A stretch of DNA of 37,848 bases from a virus (IMGVR_UViG_3300047479_000009:1-37848), one strand, 5' to 3'. Numbered from the stretch's first letter, positions 1 through 9,890 are shown. Numbers and translations are program-made. Notes: generated from the sequence alone by a model not told the origin.

Positions 1-127
1 TGTAGCTACCGTTAGAAACACCCTGAGAGTTATAGATAGTTACCGTGCCATCAGGATTGACTTGCTTATAGTTTGGAGCAGATCCTGTATCGTCAGGGAT
101 TGCTGTGATAGAGCCGTTTGCCAATCC
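1..127. repeat. Terminal direct repeat, identical to 37722-37848 (circular assembly overlap)
   Basis: The first 127 nt (tgtagctacc...gccaatcc) are identical to the last 127 nt. 127 is a common assembler k-mer, and an ORF reads through the junction. Confidence 0.95.
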
Positions 128-340
128 TGCCTGAAATGAAGCTTGTTGCTGTGCTGCCTGTTGTGCAGCAGCGGCATTTGCTTGTGTCGCCTGTTGGCTT
201 ATCTGCTGCGTCTGTGCAGTATTCGACCATCCAGAAGGTTTTGAAACTGGAAGCCAGCCATCCTCACCTCCGTCTGTGTACCACTGAGCACCGTCATACC
301 CGTAGTATTTCCCGCCAATATTTTGTTGCTCCCAAAGCAT
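1..340 (-). CDS. 5' part of a probable DNA ejection/pilot protein spanning the circular junction (joins 36838..37721; 407 aa in total)
   Basis: ATG at 340 after AAGGGGG. The open frame MLWEQQNIGGKYYGYDGAQW...QASFQAGLANGS is in frame with the 36838..37845 ORF. Confidence 0.8.
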   Translation of the reverse strand, partial: MLWEQQNIGGKYYGYDGAQWYTDGGEDGWLPVSKPSGWSNTAQTQQISQQATQANAAAAQQAAQQQASFQAGLANGSITAIPDDTGSAPNYKQVNPDGTVTIYNSQGVSNGSY

Positions 341-349
341 ATGGCCCCC

Positions 350-1111
350 TTATTTGATAGAGTTAGCCAGCGACCAACCACCCAAAGCACCTAGCAATGG
401 GTTTCCAGGCATAGACTGTGAGCTTGTAGAAGTACCGCCGTAACCGCCAATAGTGTTGGCTACGTTGCTAAACTGGTTGAAGTAGTCCAAAGGCGTATTC
501 TGGACATTCGTAGCATTGGTAATGTCCTGCTGGCCCAAGGTGTTAGCCTGATTCATCATTGCCATGTAATCAGAGAGATTCTGGCGATTCTGGTTAAACG
601 AGGTGTCGTATCGGTTAGCGTCAAAGTTTTGACCTGTCCAATACTGGTTAGCGTCAAAGTTGCGGTTAGTGAAGTCTTGGTTAAACGCCTGATTCTGTGC
701 GCCTAGACCGTAGTTAGCCCAACCCATGTTTTGGTTGTACGCATTCTGGTTAGTCGCCAAATTCTGGTTGAAGCCTTGATTCTGAGCTTGCAAACCGTAC
801 TGCTGATTACCCATTTGCTGGTTGTACAGTTGGTTTTGAGCTTGAAGACCAAACTGCTGTTGTCCAAGGTACGCATTGTTTTGCATGTTGCCTGCGACAT
901 TGCCCATAGCTTGAAGCTGGTTGTAATCGTCGTTTTGACGCATTTGCTGCAAGCCAGAATTACCGAAACTTCCCGAGTTAATCATGGAGGTTTCCTGCTG
1001 TGGACGGTTGATCAGGTTGTAATTCCGCGCCATGTCATTCATGGTGCTGTTAACCGCGCCCTGCGTGTAGGGATTCATGCCGCCAAAGCCTAGGTTATAT
1101 ACGTCTGCCAT
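350..1111 (-). CDS. Gln/Asn-rich probable DNA ejection (pilot) protein
   Basis: 253 aa, Q/N-rich with xGLQAQNQ and NFDAN repeats and a C-terminal PLLGALGG. Lies after the nozzle gene, as P22 gp7/gp20 do. Confidence 0.6.
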   Translation of the reverse strand: MADVYNLGFGGMNPYTQGAVNSTMNDMARNYNLINRPQQETSMINSGSFGNSGLQQMRQNDDYNQLQAMGNVAGNMQNNAYLGQQQFGLQAQNQLYNQQMGNQQYGLQAQNQGFNQNLATNQNAYNQNMGWANYGLGAQNQAFNQDFTNRNFDANQYWTGQNFDANRYDTSFNQNRQNLSDYMAMMNQANTLGQQDITNATNVQNTPLDYFNQFSNVANTIGGYGGTSTSSQSMPGNPLLGALGGWSLANSIK

Positions 1112-1112
1112 A

Positions 1113-1403
1113 TCAATTCCCTGTCAAAAATCTGCACTGCACCCAAGTGCCAGGACTTCCACCTGTGACGCACTGCCAGCCGTGGACTACATATTTACTA
1201 CTTACCGCACCAGCCTCTGAAGGGTTGCTGTTTAGCAAGAAGTCACCTTTAGCCCATGTACCGGAAGTAGGTGCAGCAGTAGAAGCACCGTAGAAGGCGA
1301 CTAAACGCCCTTCAGACAACGCATTTACCTGCTGCGCCACCTCTCGATACCAGCGAGCGGTTTCAGCGTCTACATTGACGCGAGGGGTTACGTTTAACTT
1401 CAT
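1113..1403 (-). CDS. Small tail structural protein (needle/plug or spike-tip-like)
   Basis: 96 aa. N-terminal helix plus an APTSGTWAKGD...GWQC..GGSPGTW motif seen in tailspike C-termini. ATGA overlap with the nozzle gene. Confidence 0.5.
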   Translation of the reverse strand: MKLNVTPRVNVDAETARWYREVAQQVNALSEGRLVAFYGASTAAPTSGTWAKGDFLLNSNPSEAGAVSSKYVVHGWQCVTGGSPGTWVQCRFLTGN

Positions 1404-2866
1404 GCCGTGCCCTGTGGTATCAATACTGCACCCACGCCCAACACTCTCACATCACCAGTAAAGTTAAAAGTAGCACGGTGAAACCTCCCGCTTTGCAACA
1501 CATCAAACCTGCTACCTTCGTTGATAGCAACGTCATTATTCACGCTGGTAATGGCATCACCCTCTGCCATCTTTGTGTATGTATTAACAGTCGCTGTAGT
1601 AGGTGCATATCCAGGAGCGAAACGTAGGCGGATCTTGGTTAACAGTGAAGTGGTGTCATCGTCACCTGCGTCCCCTGTGGTGAAGGACGAAGAAGTAGAA
1701 ACACCCGTCATAAGTTGGATTTGGTGCGAAGTGTCCACAACGGACAATGCCCGCCCACCATCTAGCCAATACTGAGAGTCAAAAGAGTAACCAGATAGTC
1801 CGTCAATCGTCGATGAAATACTCGATAGCCCGTCAATCGTCGTACCTGCCGAAACGTAATTCATGATCGTTTCAACCGACTGCGTGATACTTCCCCACTG
1901 CTTAGTGAGCGTGTGATAGACGAGAGCCTTGTCTAGCGTAGTCGAGTTTGTAGAGCAATACCAGACGAAAACGCGATTGTTTTGTCTGTCATAGACACAC
2001 TGCGTCTTGTATCGGTAGCCAGGGTTTGAATTGTCGTAAAACCACTGCCTAACCTGCCCAACAGCGATAGTGTTTGGGCGACTACCGTCAAACAAGAAAA
2101 TATCCGATTGCCCGACAACGAAGTGAGCGCCACCAATGTCGCACCAAGCATCTTGCCCGACACAGCCAAAGTCGCCGCCAGGGATTTGCTGCCAATCCCA
2201 AACAGCAGGAGCGCCGACAAACTGCCCAATGTGGATAGATTTGTCTTTGTAGGCAACAGCGTAATCACCCAACTTGCCACCGGCTGTAATCTGTCCAGGA
2301 CTAGATACCAAAAGGCCAGTAGTCGCTAGCGTAGTGACAGAGGGAGTCCAGCTAGTCTCGTCAAACGAGGCACAGCACCACCAACGATTAGGGCTAGAGC
2401 CATACGTTGCGTCATTGGTATTCAGTGCCATGACGAAAGCACCAACCGAAAAGATAATCTTTGCTTTCGGTGCTGTAGCAATTGAGGCAAACGCCCCACC
2501 GGAAGAGGTAGAGCGCTGGATAGTGTCAGACAGGTTAGAGGCTAACGTAGAGTTGCCAAACTGTGCCCATGACCACCGTGTATCTGCCCCACCTGTGTAG
2601 ACCGCACCTGACAAATCACTCCAAGCACCCGCAATCAGTTGATAGAGCTTAGTCTGCGTGCCTGCCAAGATTCGGCGGGTATCGTCCAACAGCGTGACAA
2701 CCACTGCACCCTGACAAGTAGCAGCTAACGCAGGGGTAGAGGAAGGCGTAGAGGCACTCGGCGCACCCTTCATGCCATTCTCATAGGGGATAAAGTTTGT
2801 GCAGGCGGTGATAACCCCAGGCAAGGTTTCATTTGCGTCGGGGGTGAAGCCTAGTAGCTTGTCCAT
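1400..2866 (-). CDS. Tail nozzle / tubular protein (P22 gp10-like)
   Basis: 488 aa, beta-rich, directly downstream of the adaptor in a podovirus gene order. Confidence 0.65.
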   Translation of the reverse strand: MDKLLGFTPDANETLPGVITACTNFIPYENGMKGAPSASTPSSTPALAATCQGAVVVTLLDDTRRILAGTQTKLYQLIAGAWSDLSGAVYTGGADTRWSWAQFGNSTLASNLSDTIQRSTSSGGAFASIATAPKAKIIFSVGAFVMALNTNDATYGSSPNRWWCCASFDETSWTPSVTTLATTGLLVSSPGQITAGGKLGDYAVAYKDKSIHIGQFVGAPAVWDWQQIPGGDFGCVGQDAWCDIGGAHFVVGQSDIFLFDGSRPNTIAVGQVRQWFYDNSNPGYRYKTQCVYDRQNNRVFVWYCSTNSTTLDKALVYHTLTKQWGSITQSVETIMNYVSAGTTIDGLSSISSTIDGLSGYSFDSQYWLDGGRALSVVDTSHQIQLMTGVSTSSSFTTGDAGDDDTTSLLTKIRLRFAPGYAPTTATVNTYTKMAEGDAITSVNNDVAINEGSRFDVLQSGRFHRATFNFTGDVRVLGVGAVLIPQGTA

Positions 2867-3460
2867 TTAGCGCCTCGGGCGAATCTGCATTGGTGCGCTA
2901 GACGGTTGGCCTTTGCGCTCTGCCAATCTGCGCACAGAATCCAGAATTCCAGGGATTAGCCCCTGTAGCTTCTGAGTCTCTGCCATGTCCCTAACGTACT
3001 TGGCACCCTCTAGGCATGAGCAATACAAGTACAAGTCGGCAGCGTTTTCCAACAGCCAGTTAGTAGTCTGCGTGTCCGACAAGGCAGGGATTACCGGCTT
3101 GTAGTACAAGGTGTAAGCCTGTCCGTCAGAAGCACCGTAGATACGCAAAGAGCCGTTTTCTAATGCGTAATATTTAGGATAGGCGTCTGCATTGGTAGGC
3201 ACCCAAGCCTGCGGAGCGTAGTCAAGAAGCCTAGCCGCGCCGTTGTACGTTACGGAGATTTTGGATATTGATCCAAAGTCTGTTGGCAGAGTACCGTAAC
3301 CGCTTGTCGTAGTCCCTGCGACGGAGATTTCAGTCTCTTTTATGTCCAACTCACGGAACATATACGACTCTGCAAGAGAGATAAACGTAGGGATTACCGA
3401 CGTTAAATCCGTCCTGTGCAGGTAGTTGGCAATGTCCGTCTTCAGGGTTGAGTAAGTCAT
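2867..3460 (-). CDS. Head-tail adaptor protein
   Basis: 197 aa. MTYSTLKTDIANYLHRTDLT..IPTFISLAE and TNWLLENAADLYLY motifs typical of podovirus adaptors. Confidence 0.75.
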   Translation of the reverse strand: MTYSTLKTDIANYLHRTDLTSVIPTFISLAESYMFRELDIKETEISVAGTTTSGYGTLPTDFGSISKISVTYNGAARLLDYAPQAWVPTNADAYPKYYALENGSLRIYGASDGQAYTLYYKPVIPALSDTQTTNWLLENAADLYLYCSCLEGAKYVRDMAETQKLQGLIPGILDSVRRLAERKGQPSSAPMQIRPRR

Positions 3461-3461
3461 T

Positions 3462-3785
3462 TCAGTGTGTCTTCAAAAACTTATCAAAGGTGACGAAGTA
3501 CGGGTTTGCTTTCAACCACAGAAGGATTTGAGCTTTACGCTCTACCTCTGTTTTGTACGTTTCTTGAATGCGGATTAGCTCTGCCATTGGGATAGTCCCA
3601 ATCTTGCGCATATCTCCCCACCGCTCACCAGCAGTAGCGCTACGCTCCGCAGCAGCAGCCTCCAACATGGGAGCCGCGTCGTAAGTGAGTTTGGTTACAG
3701 CCTGATCACCCTCAAGAATGATTTGGCGCTGAATCCCGTACTCATTAACACCTTCGTCAATAGTTACGTTAGATTCAAGCTCCAT
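3462..3785 (-). CDS. Hypothetical phage morphogenesis-region protein
   Basis: 107 aa, tightly packed in the structural operon. Confidence 0.7.
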   Translation of the reverse strand: MELESNVTIDEGVNEYGIQRQIILEGDQAVTKLTYDAAPMLEAAAAERSATAGERWGDMRKIGTIPMAELIRIQETYKTEVERKAQILLWLKANPYFVTFDKFLKTH

Positions 3786-3786
3786 G

Positions 3787-4077
3787 TCAAATATCCTCTA
3801 CCGGCGCGACGTTGACAACACCAGCCGCTGCCTGTTGGATAGCAGCAATGTGCGTGCAACCATTGGTTGACAGAATCACCGCCTCAGACGGTTGGACTAG
3901 CAAGTCCGTAGCCACCGCAGTTTGTGCACCCGTACCGATACGGACACAAGCGGAGACAGTTGCAGACACTCGGATATATCGAGGGACTGCGCCATTGGAA
4001 GCAAGGGGGATAGTTGCACCGGCAGACGCTGCGCCTGTGGTGATATTTACGCCCGTAGCGAAAATTTGTAGTGCCAT
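3787..4077 (-). CDS. Probable capsid decoration protein
   Basis: 96 aa, Ala/Thr-rich beta protein immediately after the major capsid gene, with a GAGG RBS. Confidence 0.5.
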   Translation of the reverse strand: MALQIFATGVNITTGAASAGATIPLASNGAVPRYIRVSATVSACVRIGTGAQTAVATDLLVQPSEAVILSTNGCTHIAAIQQAAAGVVNVAPVEDI

Positions 4078-4155
4078 TTACAGCGTCCTCTCGACGTTAA
4101 TAAGGAGGGGCATCACACCCCACCGGAGATTTGCGGAATCTCTATCCGTTACCCA

Positions 4156-5130
4156 TTAGGGGGTGAGGTTGGTAATCTTAGCTTGGGCAGTCGGAGCACG
4201 CACAGCCAGAGCGCAGTCAGCAGTGATCAGAACCTTATCGCTATCGCCTGTCTTAGCCAGATCGGAGGTTTTGAAACCGTCCAAGAAAGCCAATTCCAGA
4301 TAGTCGGTATTCAGCACGTATGCAGTGTCAGAACCGGACAGCAGGTAGTGAGGAACGACCGACAGCGAGCCGAAGTCAGACATATAAATGTCAGCACCGG
4401 CAACCACAGCACCTTGACCGTTGGACTTCTTAGCCACGTCAACGCGATTCTGTGCAATCGAAGAGAAAGCAGAGAACAGAACCTTGTGGGCAGGAGACAG
4501 AACCAACATCTCAGCGAATTGACCGCTGGTGGTGTAGATGTTCTGGCAAGCAGTGTCCAGCAAAGACTTGGTGAAGGTGCGGTTAGTACCAGCAGTGATC
4601 GCGGCAGTAGGAGCGCCAGAAGTCCAAGCAGCAGTAGCGCCAGCGCCGTTGTGCAACGGGTTGGATACGCACTGCACACCCAAGCCACCGGATTGACCGG
4701 CAACAGAGGTAGTAGCAGCGATAGCTACTTGAGTCGGTGACAGAACCATCGCCTCAATGTCACGCTTCAATTGCAGCATGGCTTTACCCTTGAGGTAAGC
4801 CATTTCTGTGGCGCGGCCTGCTTTTTTCACGATATTTGCACGGCGAGAAACGCCAATAGTCGTGTTAAAAATTTGCAGGTGGTTTCCCAGACGATTGGTA
4901 GCGGTTTGCGATGCAGAAGTAGCGTCATCACCGTCAATCATCTTGTTAGCTGCATTGGCAGATGCCAGCGTGTCAGTTTGCCACTCGTGGAAGTCGGTCG
5001 TAGCAGTGACGCGGCCCATAGCGGAAGAAATGGGAGTCTCTGTAGGAGAGGTGTTGAAGATTTTGTCAATCAGGTCTTCACGGTTACCCTTAAGGGAAGC
5101 CTTCTGATATAGGTTGGTTGGGACTGTCAT
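4156..5130 (-). CDS. Major capsid protein (DUF5309/SU10-like, HK97 fold)
   Basis: 324 aa. GNREDL.D.I....PTETP, HEWQTD.L, Y.SDFG and LAKTGD motifs. Follows the scaffold gene. Confidence 0.9.
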   Translation of the reverse strand: MTVPTNLYQKASLKGNREDLIDKIFNTSPTETPISSAMGRVTATTDFHEWQTDTLASANAANKMIDGDDATSASQTATNRLGNHLQIFNTTIGVSRRANIVKKAGRATEMAYLKGKAMLQLKRDIEAMVLSPTQVAIAATTSVAGQSGGLGVQCVSNPLHNGAGATAAWTSGAPTAAITAGTNRTFTKSLLDTACQNIYTTSGQFAEMLVLSPAHKVLFSAFSSIAQNRVDVAKKSNGQGAVVAGADIYMSDFGSLSVVPHYLLSGSDTAYVLNTDYLELAFLDGFKTSDLAKTGDSDKVLITADCALAVRAPTAQAKITNLTP

Positions 5131-5150
5131 GTTTGAAATGCCTCAGTTAG

Positions 5151-6125
5151 TTACCGCAGGAATGCGGCTAAATCATTCAGTTTTGCCCGACCAGACTTGA
5201 ACTTTTGCTCTAGTGCTTGGTCACGGCGCTCTTGTGCAGGGCTTGACTGTTTGGATGGCATCCTTGGTGCGTCTTGCAGCTTCTGCTTCACAGAGGGTTT
5301 CTGTGCCTGAAGCTCTCGATATGCTGCAGCGTCTTTCATCATTCGCACTAGGCGAGAGTCATAGACGTTTGCTAGCTCTTCGTTAGAAAAACCGTAGTTT
5401 TTGTTAACGTCACCGTAGATTTTTTGCAGCTTTGGCTTGTCAATACCGTCCTTGCTCAGGTCATCCCAAGCCTTCTTGTATTGCTCTTGCAAATGCTGTT
5501 GGTGCAACTGTGTGCGCTGCTGCTCTGCCGCCTGCTTTTCGCCATTAATCTGTTGATCAAGTTGGCTCAAGTAGTTGCTGATTTGCCGCTGCCGTTGTTG
5601 CTCTGCCACCCACGCTGCTGGGTCAGAATTGGCTAGTTGAGCCATCTCCGCCTCAGACTTGATACCCGCCATCTGAATCACAGCCGCCCTTGCGACTTCA
5701 GCCTGTGTCAGATATTGCTGGCGAATCTCATCATTTTTCAATCGTAAGAATTCAACTGCCTCGTTCTCTCGCTTTGCAAGTGCGGTAGTTTTGGCTGTGT
5801 AATCCCTTTGTCGCATATACGACTTGGCGATCTCTTCTTGCGTTAACTCAAGAGTTTCAATCTCGCCATCTTCATTTTTCACCTTAATGGTGACTTTAGA
5901 TTCGATGGGTGTAGGTGCATCCTCTTCGTCCCCGTCAGGGTTTTCAGGGTCTACATCCTGTTCATCGTTCGCAGAATCCTCGGTGTCTCCATCAGAGGTC
6001 GATTCTTCTGCCGTTGCCTCTTCATCCTCTTGCTCAGATTCCTCGGGAGTGTCTGAAAGGAAAGAAGCGAGTCCTGCTAGGTCATTGGATTCGAGTGCAG
6101 ATGACTCTGCTTGTTCGTTTGCCAT
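5151..6125 (-). CDS. Capsid scaffolding protein
   Basis: Acidic N-terminus, Y.RQ.DYT.KT motif and coiled coils, upstream of the capsid gene. Start revised to ATG 6125 (AAAGGT RBS). Confidence 0.85.
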   Translation of the reverse strand: MANEQAESSALESNDLAGLASFLSDTPEESEQEDEEATAEESTSDGDTEDSANDEQDVDPENPDGDEEDAPTPIESKVTIKVKNEDGEIETLELTQEEIAKSYMRQRDYTAKTTALAKRENEAVEFLRLKNDEIRQQYLTQAEVARAAVIQMAGIKSEAEMAQLANSDPAAWVAEQQRQRQISNYLSQLDQQINGEKQAAEQQRTQLHQQHLQEQYKKAWDDLSKDGIDKPKLQKIYGDVNKNYGFSNEELANVYDSRLVRMMKDAAAYRELQAQKPSVKQKLQDAPRMPSKQSSPAQERRDQALEQKFKSGRAKLNDLAAFLR

Positions 6126-6243
6126 ATTTACCTTTAAGTCAAACCACCCCCCATACATCGCCAAGGGGCAGGTACGGCGCATCGCTGCGTTCGTGAAAGC
6201 TGGGCGATCAGCTACTTAATCGCATTTTCGTGATTGGTAATGA

Positions 6244-6921
6244 CTAGATCAAATAGCCTCTTTCCTGCATGAAATCTACAGGGTGCTTCTTATGCTTCTG
6301 ACTATTGCAACGCTGTCTAAGAAGTTGGATGTTGTCGTCAGTATTTGTACCACCCAGCGACAAGGGCATGATGTGGTCAAGGTGGTATTTCTCACCAAGC
6401 GGCTTTCCGCAACAGGCACATTTACCGCGCTGCAAAACAAAGAGCTTTTGCCTTAGCCCTTTTGACAGAATGCCACCAACGCTAAGTTTCCTTGACCTAC
6501 GTGCATGGTTTGCACGATATGCAGAATCAGGATTCTTATCGCGCCATGCCTTGCTTGATGCGCGGATACTCTCAATGTTTTCGCTGTAGTACCTTTGCTT
6601 TGTAACCTTTTCTTTTCCGCTGGCTGCGTGCTTTATCCTTGCCAGTTTCACCTTTTCAGGATTGTTTCTTTGCCATTCAGCTACCGTTTCGCTCTTTCTA
6701 TCCTTGTTTAACTGATAGTTTCGTGCGTTGCGTTCCTTTGCAGCATCAGAGTGTGCTTGGTAGTACCTAGCCTTAATGATGGCTTCTTTGTCCTTGTTTT
6801 CACGCTTCCACTTAGCGGAACCAGCAATTTTGCAAGGCTTGCATTGCCCACACTTGTAGCGCACGGTGTCGCATTGGCAAACCTTGCAATACCTAACTAC
6901 GGTAGAATTTGAATCGCTCAT
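6244..6921 (-). CDS. HNH endonuclease (free-standing homing-type)
   Basis: C-terminal CACC...HLDHIMPLSLGGTN...NIQLL...CN HNH motif and N-terminal CxxC pairs. Start revised to 6921. Confidence 0.85.
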   Translation of the reverse strand: MSDSNSTVVRYCKVCQCDTVRYKCGQCKPCKIAGSAKWKRENKDKEAIIKARYYQAHSDAAKERNARNYQLNKDRKSETVAEWQRNNPEKVKLARIKHAASGKEKVTKQRYYSENIESIRASSKAWRDKNPDSAYRANHARRSRKLSVGGILSKGLRQKLFVLQRGKCACCGKPLGEKYHLDHIMPLSLGGTNTDDNIQLLRQRCNSQKHKKHPVDFMQERGYLI

Positions 6922-6995
6922 AGCCTTCGTCCTCATAACGATGGTTTTTGGGAAGTAACACTCGGGGCCTGCCAGCCTCGGGTGTTGCGCTTATT

Positions 6996-7298
6996 TTATC
7001 CGTTTACTACTCTGCGGTACAGGCTCTTAACGGTAGAGCTTTCTTTAGCAGAATCAATTTTGTGTTGTGCAAACTTACCCTGCTCAACCATGCCAAACAG
7101 AATGCCCTTCTGCTTTCTTACCATCTTCAAATGCCAGATAAGAGCGTCACGGTCATCCTTAGCGTCAGGCTTCATGCTGCAAGCCACCAAAGCCTCTACA
7201 GCTTCGTTTTCAATGCCAGCCCATACCTCAGAGAGAATCGGATTCTCTAAGAGCATTTGAGCTTCTTTCCCACGCAAAACGGTATGCTGATCAGTCAT
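6996..7298 (-). CDS. Hypothetical head-region protein
   Basis: About 100 aa, helical (G.EA..LLENP). Likely start ATG 7298, 7 nt after a putative -10 element. Confidence 0.7.
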   Translation of the reverse strand: MTDQHTVLRGKEAQMLLENPILSEVWAGIENEAVEALVACSMKPDAKDDRDALIWHLKMVRKQKGILFGMVEQGKFAQHKIDSAKESSTVKSLYRRVVNG

Positions 7299-7325
7299 TG
7301 CAGGCATTTTCAACTTTGGTAATGA

Positions 7326-8501
7326 CTATGTGTATAGAAGCAGGATTTCAATGTCTTCGTCTTCCTGCATTTGCATAGCCAAAGCACGTATCTGCATTAC
7401 TCGCTCAAAGTCCTGCTGTGCAATGATTTCCGGCAAGTTAACGGGTATAGAGAAGTGGCTCACCATATGAGCCAGCCAATCTATTTGCACTGTCTCTGCC
7501 GGTAGGACCGTCTCAGCCTTGATTACCTTTTCACGAAGGCGCTTTCTAGCTCTACGTGAAGTCCTTTGCGCCTCTTGGATAGCCGCTTCAGCCGCTTCGT
7601 CAGCCTCAATGAATGCGTCTGCCTCTTCTGCACTGTTAAACAGAAGGATTTGATTCTTGCGCTTGACGTACCATTTCCGCTTAGGCGTCAGGTCTACTTC
7701 GTTTGAGAATCCTGCAGAAGCCTCTCCGCTCCAGCTAAGTACCGCACTGCCGCCAGTAATAGAGTAGAAACCAGCGCCACCAGTAAGCGTGTAGTTGGTA
7801 GAACCAACCTTGACGAGATTGGCAGAGCCGCCAGTTATTGAGTAGCTACCCGCCAGAGCCGTGATACTTCTGCCAACCGACAGCGAAGCACTTCCACCGG
7901 ATAGGCTGTAAGTACCAGCCAAACCCGTCAACGAGTAGTTAACAGGTGCGCCCGTCTTGGTAAGTACCGCACTTCCACCCGTCAGCGAGTAGGAGCCAGC
8001 GTTAGCCGCTAGGTTTCTAGCTACGGTTAGGCTTGCAGAGCCACCAGAAAGGCTATAGGAGCCTGCCAAAGCGGTAAGGCTATAACTTATGCCTGCAACA
8101 CCTTTGGTAAGCGTTGCAGAGCCGCCAGTTAACGAGTAAGTACCCGCATTGGCAGTAAGTTGGCGTCCTACTTTAAGGACTGCCGTGCCACCTGTCAGGC
8201 TGTAAGTGCCAGCGTTTGCGGTGATCTTGCGACCAACCTTGAGAGAGGCTGTGCCACCCGTTAAGGCGTAAGAGCCTGCAAGCGCAGTTAGTGTGTATGC
8301 GGTTGAGCCTGACGTTTTTGTCAGTACCGCACTGCCACCAGTTAGCGAATAAGTCCCCGCTAAACCAGTGAGCGTGTATGAAGTCGGGCCACCAGCGGGA
8401 GGGTCTAACGAAAGCTCGTCAAACCAGCCTTCAGTCTTGGCAGTCTCGTCAAACCAGCCTTGTGGCAGGCCGGTGCTGTCAAACCAGCCGCGCCTTGTCA
8501 T
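7326..8501 (-). CDS. Repeat-containing virion fibre protein
   Basis: 391 aa. Nine 22-27 aa repeats (LTAxAGxYSLTGGSAxL), three N-terminal GWFD motifs and a charged C-terminal domain ending DEDIEILLLYT. Confidence 0.6.
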   Translation of the reverse strand: MTRRGWFDSTGLPQGWFDETAKTEGWFDELSLDPPAGGPTSYTLTGLAGTYSLTGGSAVLTKTSGSTAYTLTALAGSYALTGGTASLKVGRKITANAGTYSLTGGTAVLKVGRQLTANAGTYSLTGGSATLTKGVAGISYSLTALAGSYSLSGGSASLTVARNLAANAGSYSLTGGSAVLTKTGAPVNYSLTGLAGTYSLSGGSASLSVGRSITALAGSYSITGGSANLVKVGSTNYTLTGGAGFYSITGGSAVLSWSGEASAGFSNEVDLTPKRKWYVKRKNQILLFNSAEEADAFIEADEAAEAAIQEAQRTSRRARKRLREKVIKAETVLPAETVQIDWLAHMVSHFSIPVNLPEIIAQQDFERVMQIRALAMQMQEDEDIEILLLYT

Positions 8502-8504
8502 GGC

Positions 8505-9890
8505 TTACCAAGTGTAGACGATGCAATACCCTGCGCCGCCACCGCCACCGTTACCAGCAAGGCCCGGATTCATACCAACGCCGCCACCGCCGCCACCGCC
8601 GCCACCAATACCACCTGCTCCGCCGTCACCACCTGCCGCAGAAGCCAGTGCAGTTGCGCCACCACCTCCACCACCAGAACCACCGCGTCCAGAATTTGCA
8701 TTTGCGCCAGCAGAACCTACGCCTCCAGCAGCCGTTGTGCTTCCGTCAGTACCAGCAGCGCCACCGCCACCAGTGGTGTACGTTCCAGATTTTCCACCTG
8801 TACCGGCAGCAGCAGTTGTTGGTGTAGCAGTCGCGTGACCGCCACCAGCACCGCCACCTCCAGCTCCTTTGATGGATGATCCGGCAGCTAGAGCAGCAGC
8901 CGCAGCAGTTGTGCCTCCGCCTCCGCCACCGCCCCATTCGGCGCAGTTTGTAGCGGTAGTGCCAGCCGCCACGTTACCAACCCCACCGATTGCACCAGCA
9001 CCTCCGAGCGACCCGCCAGAGGTCGGAGCAGCACTATAGTACGGGCCACCAGCAGCACCACCCGATGTACCTGATGCGACAGCACCAGCACTTCCAGTAC
9101 CGCCACCGCCACCGCCACCTGTCACTGCTGCAGTAGTCTTTCCGCCAAGACCGCCGCCGCCACCAAAAGCGGTTAACCAAGAGCCGAAAGTTGACGTTCC
9201 TCCAATACCACCGTTACCACCAGCAGCACCAGCAGCGCCCTTGGCACCAGCAGTTCCACCAGAACCAATGGTCACGGTTTCAGTCGAGGCTAGATCAGCG
9301 GCAGCGAATCGCCCACAGTTGTATGCTCCACCACCTCCACCTCCACCTCCGCCGCCCGCAACAGCAGCGATAGAAGCACCAGCTCCTCCGCCACCGCCAC
9401 CGCCAAATATTTCAACAATCACCACCTTTGGGGTGAAAGTAGTAGGCTTTGTCCATGTGCCGCCAGTGCCGTTGAATATCTGAATATCAGCACCGCCAGA
9501 ATTGGCAGCACCAGCAGACAGGTCAATGCCTTGCGGGTTGCGGCGAATCCACCCACGCCCATCAACAAAAGCCAAGGACTCTCCGGGAGCCAGAGTTGAT
9601 GCGATCAGTTCGCTAGGGTTCGTACCATCTGTGTGGTACACCTCAACCGTGCTGGTCGTAGTGGCGTGATGGTTGTGAATCGCGCAATACTTGATGGCAC
9701 GATAGGTTGATGCAGCAGGCGCTGACACAATCGTAGTGTTACCAGTTCCGGTAATAGACGCAGTGTTTGTGCGACCCGGCGTGATGGTTCCAGCGTTGTT
9801 GTCAACCCAAGACGTGTGCACCTCAATGTCGGCACTTGCCACGGTTGTCGTTACATAGATACTGTCAGTGCTTGGTGCAAGAATAATCAT
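8505..9890 (-). CDS. Glycine-rich fibre/adhesin-like protein
   Basis: 461 aa. Beta-rich N-domain, then a TW.KP...GGGGGG...GxGYCIVYTW glycine-rich domain. Confidence 0.7.
   Translation of the reverse strand: MIILAPSTDSIYVTTTVASADIEVHTSWVDNNAGTITPGRTNTASITGTGNTTIVSAPAASTYRAIKYCAIHNHHATTTSTVEVYHTDGTNPSELIASTLAPGESLAFVDGRGWIRRNPQGIDLSAGAANSGGADIQIFNGTGGTWTKPTTFTPKVVIVEIFGGGGGGGAGASIAAVAGGGGGGGGGGAYNCGRFAAADLASTETVTIGSGGTAGAKGAAGAAGGNGGIGGTSTFGSWLTAFGGGGGLGGKTTAAVTGGGGGGGTGSAGAVASGTSGGAAGGPYYSAAPTSGGSLGGAGAIGGVGNVAAGTTATNCAEWGGGGGGGTTAAAAALAAGSSIKGAGGGGAGGGHATATPTTAAAGTGGKSGTYTTGGGGAAGTDGSTTAAGGVGSAGANANSGRGGSGGGGGGATALASAAGGDGGAGGIGGGGGGGGGVGMNPGLAGNGGGGGAGYCIVYTW

Noticed and set aside
1-127. 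127-bp terminal repeat as a biological DTR
   Set aside because: The length equals a common assembly k-mer and the repeat falls mid-gene, so it is best explained as a circularisation overlap.
506-524. Additional CATTACCA late-promoter copy
   Set aside because: It lies in coding sequence, and its -10 slot (ACGAAT) lacks the conserved second-position A.
8378-9483. Proline/arginine-rich plus-strand ORFs
   Set aside because: They are antisense shadows of the glycine-rich gene (GGN codons read as NCC/CCN on the other strand).
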